The notes under the pieces were generated by a model, which saw nothing but the letters and a program-made list of their open reading frames with translations, did no database searches and was not told the DNA's origin. Position numbers and translations under genes: made by a program. A stretch of 64,000 bases of DNA from an uncultured Alphaproteobacteria bacterium (GTDB lineage Bacteria > Pseudomonadota > Alphaproteobacteria > Rhizobiales > Xanthobacteraceae). Every line of letters starts with the position of its first letter. Position 1 is the first letter of the stretch. The DNA lies in assembly GCA_963823115.1 (NCBI GenBank), contig CAWGKJ010000015.1:70795-134794 (forward strand), written 5' to 3'. This document shows, one piece after another, positions 53,133-62,536 of the stretch.

Positions 53133-54896
53133 GTGAATCCGCGACTGCCGCTGCTCCTCGCCATCGCCGCCATCGCCGCGGCTCCGCTGCTGTTGCCGGA
53201 TTATTACGTCACCTTGATGAACTATATCGGACTGGCCAGTCTGGTCACACTTGGCCTGGTGCTGCTCACCGGCGTCGCGGGCCTTACCTCATTCGGTCAG
53301 GCGGCCTTTGTCGGGCTGGGGGCCTACGCCACCGCAGTCGTCACCACCAAATACGGCGGGTCGCCCTGGCTGGGACTGGCGGTCGGCCTGACGCTTACTG
53401 CCGTAGTGGCGCTATTCCTTGGCTTCATCACGCTGCGGCTGTCGGATCAATATCTCCCGCTGGGCACGATCGCCTGGGGCATCAGCCATCTATTTTGCCT
53501 TTGGCAACATGGTGTTCCTGGGTCAGCACACGGGCATACCCGGAATTCCGCAGCTCTCGCTGTTTGGCTGGACCATCGACACGGCGTGGCGGTTGTACCT
53601 GGCGATCTGGCTGGTCGTGGTGCTGGCTCTGCTTGCCGCCCGCAATTTGCTGGATTCGCGCGTCGGGCGGGCCATCCGTACGCTGAACGGCCACACCAAG
53701 ATGGCGGAGAGCTTCGGCATCGACACCGGACAGGCTGAAGATCGTCGTCTTCGTCTATTCGGCTTTGCTGGCCAGCCTGGCGGGGTGGCTGTACGCGCAT
53801 TTCCTGCGCTATGTCAGCCCGTCGCCGTTCGGCATCAACGCCGGTATCGACTATCTGTTCATGGCGGTGATCGGCGGCTCCGGGCATATCTGGGGCGCGG
53901 TGGTCGGCGCCTCCGTCCTGACACTGCTGCAGGAATGGCTCAAGGATTTTTTGCCCCACTTGCTCGGACACAACGGCAACTACGAGATCATCGTCTTTGG
54001 GCTGCTGGTGGTGCTGCTGCTGCATCGCACCGGCGATGGCGTGCTGCCCTTTCTCGCCCGAATGGTTCCCGGCGGCGAACGTTCGGGCAGGCCCGCGGCA
54101 GCGGCTCCGTTGCCGCGGCGGCCGCGGCCGGTCAAGGGTGAATCCCTGTTGGTGATCGACGGCGTCTCCAAGAACTTCGGTCCTCTGGCCGCGGTGAGCG
54201 ATCTATCGTTTGAACTGAAGGCGGGGGATATCGTTGGCCTGATCGGACCCAACGGCGCGGGCAAGAGCACGGTGTTCAATTTGACCACCGGGCTGCAGCC
54301 AGCGACCGAAGGGTCGATCCGATTCCGCGGCCAGCGCATCGAGCGCCTGGGCAGCCGCGAGATCGCCAGGCTCGGCATCGCGCGCACGTTCCAGCATCCC
54401 AACCTCCTTACCGATCTGAGCGCGATTGAGAACGCCGCCATCGGTGCCCATCTGCGCGGGCAGGGCGGCTTGGTCGCGGCAAGCCTGCGGCTGGAGCGCG
54501 CCGAGGAAGCGCGCCTGCGCGATGAAGCGGCGCGGCAGCTTGAACGCGTCGGCCTGGGCTCGCATCTGAATGATGCCGCCGGCAGCCTGCCGCTCGGATC
54601 GCAGCGCATCCTGGAAATCGCACGAGCGCTGTGCGCCGATCCGCTGCTTCTGTTGCTCGACGAACCGGCCGCCGGCCTGCGTCATCTGGAAAAGGAGGCG
54701 CTTGGCCGCGTTGCTGCGCGACTTGCGCGACGACGGCGTCAGCATTCTTCTCGTCGAGCACGACATGAATTTCGTGATGGGTCTGGCCGACCGCGTGGTG
54801 GTCATGGAGTTCGGCCGCCGCATCGCCGAGGGCGTGCCGCAGGCCATTCAGAGCAACCCCGCCGTGCTGGAAGCCTATCTTGGAGGAGCATCGTGA
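53133..54896 (+). CDS. ABC permease-ATPase fusion, LivM-LivG/HbaG-like; +1 frameshifts at ~53487, ~53731, ~54703
   Basis: SFGQAAF and TM segments, then [17 protein letters not shown] and VEHDM...V.EAYLG across frames. Confidence 0.82.
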
Positions 54897-55657
54897 GCCG
54901 CCGCGACGCACCGGCATTGCTTGTCGCCCGCGACGTGACCATCGCGTATGGCAAGGTGGCTGCGGTGCGCGGCGTGTCGTTTGAGATTCGTGCCGGAGAA
55001 GTGGTGACCATCGTCGGGCCCAACGGCGCTGGCAAGACCACTTTGCTCGCTGGGCTGATGGGCCTGTTGCCGCTGCAGGGCGAGGTGCAGCGCTTCGGCA
55101 AGGTGGCGGTGCCCCCGCCGACGGTGGAGCAATTGGTGCGCGCCGGCATGGGGCTGATCCCCGAGCGCCGCGAACTGTTCGCCACCCTGTCGGTCGAGGA
55201 CAATCTGCGCCTCGGTGGATTCGACCGTTGGCGTCAGGGAGCGCGCGATGGCGCTGCCGATCTCGCCGGCATCTACGCGCTGTTTCCGCAACTTCGCGAG
55301 CGTCGACGCCAGCAGGCCGGCACGCTGTCCGGCGGCGAGCGGCAAATGCTGGCGATGGGCCGTGCCTTGATGGCCCGGCCGAAGCTGTTGCTGCTGGATG
55401 AGCCGAGCCTCGGCCTTGCACCGTTGATCATTCGCGAGATCTTCCGGATCATTGATGGCTTGCGGGCGAGCGGCGTATCGATCCTGCTGGTTGAGCAGAA
55501 TGCCCGCGCCGCGCTGCAATTGGCCGATTACGCCTATGTCATGGAATCCGGATCATTCGTCCTTGACGGACCGGCCGCCGAGCTGGCGCGCAACGAACGC
55601 GTGATCGAGGCCTATCTCGGCCTGGCCTCGGTCGAACCGCCGCAGGCATCGCGATGA
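54893..55657 (+). CDS. ABC ATPase, LivF/HbaH-like
   Basis: [35 protein letters not shown] start with GGAGG RBS. Confidence 0.88.
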   Translation: MSRRDAPALLVARDVTIAYGKVAAVRGVSFEIRAGEVVTIVGPNGAGKTTLLAGLMGLLPLQGEVQRFGKVAVPPPTVEQLVRAGMGLIPERRELFATLSVEDNLRLGGFDRWRQGARDGAADLAGIYALFPQLRERRRQQAGTLSGGERQMLAMGRALMARPKLLLLDEPSLGLAPLIIREIFRIIDGLRASGVSILLVEQNARAALQLADYAYVMESGSFVLDGPAAELARNERVIEAYLGLASVEPPQASR

Positions 55658-55773
55658 CGGCGGCCGAACCGGCTGCCGGAGTTCATCGCGCGTAAACTCG
55701 ATTGTTGCGCGGCCCAATGTTCCGGGGAAGCTTCGTTCCATGAAGAGAACCGGTTTGCGGCCCGGCCAAATAT

Positions 55774-55788
55774 TATGTCAATGTAATG
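55774..55788. promoter_or_regulatory. Candidate BadR operator upstream of badR
   Basis: TATGTCAATGTAATG, a variant of TATG(T/A)CAATGCATTG seen twice at 60.0-60.1 kb. Confidence 0.5.
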
Positions 55789-55860
55789 ATACAATTTGGG
55801 GTGAAATCTGTTGTTACCTTGCTATGGTGGTATGCAAGGCGAGTTTTGAGGATAGCGGCG

Positions 55861-56338
55861 ATGGCACCGGGTGCGGTATCGGCAAAGACCGACGTCGAAT
55901 TCGACGTCGCCAACAGGGTGTTCTTCCGCCTCTATCAGGCGTCGAACCTGATGCACAAACAGGGCACGCGTTATGTCAGCCGATTTGCAGCAACGACGCA
56001 GCAATGGGCCGTCCTGGGCGCGCTTGCGCGACCACTCGTCCGCGACGGCGGAATGACCGTCAAGGATCTGATCGAATTTCTCGATGTCAGCCGGCAGAAT
56101 CTCACTGCTGTTCTCGACAGGCTGGAGGGGCGCGGCTGGATCCGGCGAGTGAAAGACAAGGATGACGGCCGCAGCCGACGCATTCGCCTGACCGGTGAAG
56201 GCAAGTCGACCTGGACGCGCATGCAGGAACCGATCGAGGCTTTCTACTCGACCGCCCTTGCCGACTTCACCCGTGACGACCGAGCTTGCGCTTTATCGGT
56301 TGCTCGATCGTCTCAAGACCGCGTTGATGCAGGTCTAG
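55861..56338 (+). CDS. badR: MarR-family regulator BadR, +1 frameshift at ~56281
   Basis: ANRVFFRLYQASNLMHK.GTR, TTQQWAVLGAL.R, VSRQNL, DGRSR. Corrected tail ELALYRLLDRLK...QV*. Confidence 0.82.
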
Positions 56339-56464
56339 AGCATGATCCGGAAAAGTGGGTACCGGTTTTCCCTCGCGACAAACGCGAAGCGTTTGCGCGG
56401 AGATCATGCTCAAATGGAAAGATAGAGCGAGATGACGATTCGAAGAAAAGTCATCCCGCTCTAA
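56335..56464. repeat. Rhizobiales intergenic palindromic repeat (RIME/MITE-like element)
   Basis: CTAGAGCATGATCCGGAAAAGTGG..CCGGTTTTCC...GATCATGCTC hairpin plus a second hairpin TAGAGCG..ATGAC...GTCAT..CGCTCTA. Confidence 0.8.
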
Positions 56465-56471
56465 AGGCTGA

Positions 56472-57261
56472 TCAGCGACTGAATTTCCGGAAATCGGGTT
56501 TGCGCTTCTCGCGGAAGGCCCGGCCGCCCTCTTTGGACTCTTCGGTGTCGTAGTAGAGACTGAGCGCCTGCATCCCCATGCTGGAGATGCCGCGGATCGA
56601 CTTCCGTATCCGCATTGAAAGAGCGCTTGGCGAGTGCGATTGCCGTCGGGCTGCGCTCGAGTAATTCCTCGCACCAGCGATCGACCTCTGCATCGAGTTC
56701 GTCATGCGGCACGACGATGTTGGCGAGCCCCATCTCGACCGCCTGCGCAGCGGTATAGCGCCGGCAGAAATACCAGATCTCCCGAGCCTTCTTCTCGCCG
56801 ACCACGCGCGCCAGATAGGCGGTTCCAAATCCGGGATCGACGGAACCCATTTTCGGCCCGACCTGCCCGAATTGCGCGCGATCCGAAGCGATCGTCAGAT
56901 CGCAAATCGCCGCAAGAACGTTACCTCCGCCAATTGCAAAGCCGTTGACCCGCGCGATGACCGGTTTGGGCACATCGCGGATAAGGCTCTGGAATTCCTC
57001 GATCGGCAAGCCGATCGTGCCGCGTCCGTCGTATTGTCCGTCGTGCGCGCCTTGGTCACCGCCGGTGCAAAAGGCCTTGTCGCCGATGCCGGTCAGAACG
57101 ATAACGCCGATCGATTTATCCCAGCCGGCGCGCTGAAATGCGTGGATGAGCTCTTCGACCGTCTTGCCGCGAAAAGCGTTGTAACTTGCCGGCCGGTTGA
57201 TCGTGATGCGCGCGACGCCCTTCGGACGTTCCTCATAGATGATGTCTTCATAAGTCGTCAT
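56472..57261 (-). CDS. badI: 2-ketocyclohexanecarboxyl-CoA hydrolase, +1 frameshift at ~56600
   Basis: AFCTGGDQ, YDGRGTIG, GQVGPKMGSVDPGFGT, GEKKAREIW. Tail LYYDTEESKEG..AF.EKRKPDF in the next frame. Confidence 0.9.
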
Positions 57262-57297
57262 GTTCTTTTCCTTTTCTGTTGCGCGGCGCGCGGTGAG

Positions 57298-58942
57298 CTA
57301 TTCCGTGGATTGTTTGACGATATCCCGCAGTTTGAATTTCTGGATCTTTCCCGATGGCGTCGCCGGCATTTCGTTCAGAACCAGCAGCCTCTCTGGGATG
57401 TACTGGATCGCGACCTTCTGCGACTTGAGGAAGTCCGTCACGGCAGTCAGGTCGATCGCCTGCCCCTGACTTCGGTACCACGACAGCGCATCCACGCTCG
57501 CCCAGCCGCTCGTCGGGATACGCCACGATGGCAACCTGGCTGATCGCGGGATGCTTATAGAGAAGCGTCTCGATCTCCACGACGGGAACATTTTCACCGC
57601 CGCGAATGATCACGTCCTTCGACCGGCCGGTGATCTGGACGTAGCCCCTATCATCGATCCTGGCGAGGTCGCCGGTGTCGAACCATCCCTCGGCATCGGT
57701 ATTGTTCAGATGGGGCCGTCGCAGGTAACCGCCAAAATTGGAACACGTCCGCACAAGGAGCCTGCCTTCCGTATCGTGAGGCAACGGCTTGCCCTCTGCG
57801 TCGACAACGCGAATCTCGGTGCCGGGCAAGGGGCAGCCCGAGGTGTTGAAGGCCCGCTCATCGTCATCATCGATCTTGATCAGCGTCACGGCGCCGTTCT
57901 CGGTCATGCCCCATGCCGATACGATCTTTGCTCCCAGCGCCTTGCGCGCGTGCTCGACGAGCGGTCCCGGAATCGGAGCGCCGGCGCACAGGAAAGTGCG
58001 CAGTGTCGGAACGCCCTGGGCATCTTCGCTGACGCCTTTGGCAAGGTCGGTGAGGAACGGCGTCGAGGCCATGGTGAACGTGACGCCCTCTGCACGGATC
58101 AGCTCGATCGCCTTCTTCGGATCCCAGATGTCCTGCAGCACAGCGCTGGCGCGCAGCATGATCGGCATCATCAGCCCGTACATGAAGCCGGTCTGGTGAG
58201 CCATAGGCGAGGCCATCAGAACGACTTCGTCAGTTCCGAGACGTAACCGTTCCGCATAGGGGATGATGTTCGCCATCAGGGTATTTGCCGAATGCATCAC
58301 GCCCTTCGGCTCTCCCGTCGTGCCTGACGTATAGATCAGCTGCGTGATGTCGTCAGGGCCAGGGCGGTGGCGCGCAAGGATCTCGTTTGCGTCCGGCGCG
58401 TCCTCCCATTTGGTTTCGCTGAGCAATTTCTCAAAACTATTGTCGCCCGCGCCCCCCACGACGACAACGTGCTGCAGGTCGGGAAGGCTCGGCCTGAGGC
58501 CGGCGATCATCTGCTCGTAGTCGAAGCCCCGGAATTGCTTCGGCACGATGACGATCTTGCTGGCGCCGTGCTTCAACATGAACGAAAGCTCTCGCTCCCG
58601 GAAAATATGCATCAGGGGATTGAGCACGGCACCGATGCGCGAGCAGGCGAGGTAGGTCAGCGTGAACTGCCACCAGTTCGGCAGTTGCATGGAAACAACG
58701 TCGTTCCGGCCGACGCCGAGCCGCGAGAGACCGATCGCCATGCGATCCGCCATCGCCGCCATCTGTCGATAGGTGAAGCGCTTGATGCCTCCGCTTTCCG
58801 ACGACACCGCCGTCAGCGCCAGCTTGTCGGGACAGGAAGCGAGACACGCGTCCAGATCGTCGTTGATGGTGCGGTCGTGCCAAAGGCCTTGCGCGATCAT
58901 GGCGGCCCGGCGTGGCGGCAACAGTATGGCGTCGAAGTCCAT
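57298..58942 (-). CDS. aliA: Cyclohexanecarboxylate-CoA ligase, +1 frameshift at ~57465
   Basis: MDFDAILLPPRR, QLPNWWQF, YTSGTTGEPKG, HQTGFMYG, WGMTE. Tail QYIPERL...TPSGKIQKFKLR. Confidence 0.88.
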
Positions 58943-58978
58943 GGCTTCTTTTCCTCCCGCTCGGTGGGCCGATGTCCG

Positions 58979-59060
58979 TTAAGCCGCAGCGGCCTTCAAT
59001 ATTCCTCGTATAATGATGCGTTTCGCGATCTGCGTCGATCCCGCCGCCGATCTCGTCCGA
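58979..59060 (-). pseudogene. Remnant of an acyl-CoA dehydrogenase C-terminus (AliB-like)
   Basis: With one G removed it reads EIGGGSTQIAKRIIIRGILKAAAA*, matching the IGxG(T/S)xQIxKxIIxR terminal motif. Lies just upstream of aliA. Confidence 0.45.
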
Positions 59061-59080
59061 ATCTTATTTGCAAATTCCCG

Positions 59081-59848
59081 TCAGCCCGCCATCGTCAGGC
59101 CGCCCGAAACGCTGAGCACCTGGCCAGTGATGTATGCCGCGTCATCGCTGGCAAAGAAGCAGATTGCGCCTGGCAGATCGTCCGGCGCGCCAATGCGTCC
59201 GAGCGGAATCGAGCGGCGGAACGCCTCCCTCAGCTTCTCGGGATTGCTGGCCGTGTTGAGGACGTTGCCCAAGAGCTGCGTGTCGGTGGGGCCGGGGCAA
59301 ACGACATTGAAGGTGATCCCGTCGCGCGCATGCTCGCGCGCCAGTGTCTTCGAGAGCGCGACGAGGCCCCCCTTGCAGGCCGCATAAACCGCCTCGCCGG
59401 AGGAGCCGACACGTGCTGCATCGGACGCGACGTTCACCACACGGCCACTGCGCCGCTCGACCATTTGCGGCAGGATGGCGTGGTGCATGTTCAACGCGCC
59501 GGTCAGGTTGATGGCGATCAGCTTCTGCCAATCGGCCGGCGAGGTCTTGAGGAATGGCTTGAAGGCATCCCATCCGGCGTTGTTGACCAGCACGTCGACC
59601 GGCCCAAACGACACGTTCACCTTGGCCACCGCGGATCGTACGCCCTCATAATCGGTAATGTCGCAGGCGAAAGCGGCGGCCCTGCCACCCTCGGAAGCGA
59701 TCGCCGCGACAGTTCGGTCGGCTGCCGCGGCGCCGATATCGAATACCGCAACATTCGCACCCTCGGCCGCAAAACGGCGGCAGGTCACGCCACCGATTCC
59801 TCCGCCCCCGCCCGTGACGATGACGGTCTTCGCACTCAGTCCTCGCAT
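59081..59848 (-). CDS. badH: 2-hydroxycyclohexanecarboxyl-CoA dehydrogenase
   Basis: MRGLSAKTVIVTGGGGGIG, NNAGWD, ALNMHHA, SDAARVGSSGEAVY..CKGG, CPGPTDT. Confidence 0.9.
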   Translation of the reverse strand: MRGLSAKTVIVTGGGGGIGGVTCRRFAAEGANVAVFDIGAAAADRTVAAIASEGGRAAAFACDITDYEGVRSAVAKVNVSFGPVDVLVNNAGWDAFKPFLKTSPADWQKLIAINLTGALNMHHAILPQMVERRSGRVVNVASDAARVGSSGEAVYAACKGGLVALSKTLAREHARDGITFNVVCPGPTDTQLLGNVLNTASNPEKLREAFRRSIPLGRIGAPDDLPGAICFFASDDAAYITGQVLSVSGGLTMAG

Positions 59849-60017
59849 TTTCCGCTCCCACAACCCCGGTTTAACCGATGTGGCGCCGCCACATCTATTT
59901 CTCGGATATTCCTGCCGGCGCCGGTATCGCGCCGTCCATCGCTCAAATCGCATCCGTCGTGTCTTCTGCGACTTCTGAACTTCGGCGACGGACGCCAAGT
60001 ATTGCTATTCAAAATAA

Positions 60018-60127
60018 TATGTCAATGCATTGTCTCATTTTGCGAAGGCCGCGCCAGCATCCATCGTCCGTCGCCGATACCCCCTCCACTAAATATGAAA
60101 CGGGCTCTATTTTATGACAATGCATTG
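60018..60127. promoter_or_regulatory. Two CAATGCATTG palindromes in the badH/badA divergent promoter, candidate BadR operators
   Basis: TATGT-CAATGCATTG (core 60023-60032) and TATGA-CAATGCATTG (core 60118-60127). Confidence 0.65.
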
Positions 60128-60156
60128 ATTTATAATGTCACATGGAGGAGTCAAAC

Positions 60157-61756
60157 TTGACAACACAACCCCAGGTCCAGGCACCAGGCGAGCATTTCAA
60201 CTTCGCGGAACACCTCATCAGGCGTAACGCCCAACGCCCGTCCAAGGCCGCCTATGTCGACGACCGCGGCCGTATGAGCTTTGGCGAATTGACCGGGCAA
60301 ATCCAGTGCGCGGCCGCCGCATTGCTGGCTTCCGGTGTGCATCGCGAGGAACGCGTGCTGCTGCTGATGCACGACTGCAACGACTGGCCGGTCGCATTCC
60401 TCGGCGCGATGTACGCCGGCATTGTGCCGGTAGCCGTCAACACGCTCCTGACCGTCGATGACTACGCCTACATGTTGCAGCACAGCCGCTCGCAGGCGGT
60501 GATGGTATCGGGTGCGCTGCTGCCGACGTTGCGGGAAGCCGTGGCAACCGCCGGGGCTCGGGGCGGACACGAGGTAAAGACCGTAATCGTCTCGCGCCCC
60601 AACGGCGCGCTTGCGCAGGGTGAGGTGGCGCTGGACTCGCTGCTCGGTCAACACGCGCCACGGTTGGCGTCCGCCGAGACCCGCCCCGACGATCCTGGCT
60701 TCTGGCTTTATTCCTCAGGGTCCACCGGCCGCCCCAAGGCCACGCTCCACAGCCATGCCAATCCGTACTGGACCGCGGAATTGTACGGCACGCCGGTGTT
60801 GGGCGTTACCGAGCAAGATGTTTGCTTTTCCGCGGCCAAGCTATTCTTCGCCTACGGGCTTGGCAACGCGCTTACCTTCCCGCTGAGCGTTGGCGCGACC
60901 ACGATCCTGATGGCCGAGCGACCGACGCCGGACGCGGTATTCGCGCGCTGGCGTGGCGAAGTGGGCGGTGTGCGCCCGACGATCTTCTTCGGCGCCCCGA
61001 CCGGCTACGCCGGAATGCTCGCCTCTGCCAATCTACCGGCGCGCAATGAGGTGTCCCTGCGTCTGTGCTCTTCGGCGGGAGAAGCGCTGCCCGCCGAATT
61101 GGGGCAGCGTTTTACGGCGCATTTCGGCTGCGAAATCATCGACGGCATCGGTTCCACCGAGATGCTTCACATTTTCCTGTCAAACCGTCCGGGGCAGGTC
61201 CGCTACGGCACCACGGGCTGGCCGGTTCCGGGCTATAGCGTGGAGCTGCGCGGCGAAGCCGGCCAGCCGGTGCCCGACGGCGAGCCGGGCGATCTCTATA
61301 TACAAGGGCCCAGCTCGGCACTGATGTATTGGGGCGATCGAGAGAAGTCGCGCGAGACCTTCCAGGGCATATGGACCAAGAGCGGCGACAAATATGTGCG
61401 CAATGCCGACGACGGCTCGTTCACCTATTCGGGCCGCAGCGACGACATGCTCAAGGTCAGCGGCATCTATGTGTCGCCGTTCGAGATCGAAGTCCACGCT
61501 CATCCAGCATCCGTCCGTTCTGGAAGCCGCGGTCATCGGCGTGCTCGACAAAGAGGGGCTCACCAAGACCAAGGCTTTCGTCGTGCTGAAGCCCGGTTCG
61601 AGCGCGAGCGACGCCGACCTCAAGGCCTTCGTGAAGGACCGCATCGCCGCCTACAAATACCCGCGGACGATCGAGTTTCTGCCCGATTTGCCGAAGACGG
61701 CTACCGGCAAGATCCAGCGCTTCAGGCTGCGCGAGCGCGAGGCGGCAGAGAAATGA
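60157..61756 (+). CDS. badA: Benzoate-CoA ligase, +1 frameshift at ~61492
   Basis: FNFAEHL, PVAVNTLLT, YSSGSTGRPK, AKLFFAYGLGN, DGIGSTEMLHIF. Tail YKYPR...KTATGKIQRF. TTG start after GGAGGAG. Confidence 0.88.
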
Positions 61757-61841
61757 TCAGTCGCGGCGGCTGTCCAGCTCAAAGCTGCCGGCGAACGCGC
61801 CACGGCGAATAACGGGGACGGCACGTTTTCGGCCGCCACGA

Positions 61842-62360
61842 TCAACGGAATCCGGAGAGAATCTCCAACAACCGCCGGCAATTCTCGGGTCCGATCTTTT
61901 CGTCGACGTGCCGCTCATGTTCGGCGGCGAGCATCTTGAACTGCCGAAGTGAGACCTGCCCGCCGGGGGTAAGATGCAGCGCGTGCGACCGCCGATCGGT
62001 CCGCGAAGGAATACGTTTTACCAGATTGCGCACCTCGAGACTGTCCAGCAAGTGCACCAGCCGGGCACGCTCGATGCCAAGACGCTTGGCGACGGCCATC
62101 TGGGTCATGCCCGGGTTCGCGCCGATCACCGTCATCACCGAATACTGCGCAGGGTGGATATTTACGGCCGCCAGCGTTTTGATGAAATCGTGAAAAATCC
62201 ACATCTGGAAGCGTCGCACCGAATAGCCGACGTGGCTGACCAATCCATCGAGACCAATTTCAAACCCCGTTTCATCAGGACGAGCTGCGCTCGTCTTTGA
62301 GCTCTTCCGTGCGGGGCGCACTGGAATAGCAGTCTTGGATCGGGCTGGCCTGGTCGACAC
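61842..62360 (-). CDS. MarR-family regulator
   Basis: HVGYSVRRFQ, QYSVM..I.ANPG, L.IERARLV.LLD.LE, DRRSH. GTG at 62360 with GGAG RBS. Confidence 0.85.
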   Translation of the reverse strand: MSTRPARSKTAIPVRPARKSSKTSAARPDETGFEIGLDGLVSHVGYSVRRFQMWIFHDFIKTLAAVNIHPAQYSVMTVIGANPGMTQMAVAKRLGIERARLVHLLDSLEVRNLVKRIPSRTDRRSHALHLTPGGQVSLRQFKMLAAEHERHVDEKIGPENCRRLLEILSGFR

Positions 62361-62422
62361 TTCGTTTCTCCGGAGAGGTCCCTTTCTTCTTATTGCTTTG
62401 CGAAACAGAAGCAAGGTTGGAA

Positions 62423-62445
62423 AATTGTTGTTGACGACAACAATT
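62423..62445. promoter_or_regulatory. Perfect 9-bp inverted repeat, candidate MarR operator
   Basis: AATTGTTGT-tgacg-ACAACAATT between the divergent marR and binding-protein genes. Confidence 0.6.
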
Positions 62446-62536
62446 GTTAATAGCAACATAACACGTCCGGCCAGTTGCCGGCGCCAGACGGTCATGCTGT
62501 CGATAGAACGGCACCGACAAATCAGGAGGGACGCCC

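Noticed and set aside
53765-55657. Apparent permease plus double-ATPase fusion (630 aa)
   Set aside because: An extra base at ~54703 joins LivG to LivF. The true LivG tail (VEHDM...EAYLGGAS*) is in another frame, and LivF has its own RBS and GTG at 54893.
55786-56553. BadR with a long C-terminal extension (LEHDPEKWVPVF...)
   Set aside because: The extension is frameshift read-through into the palindromic repeat.
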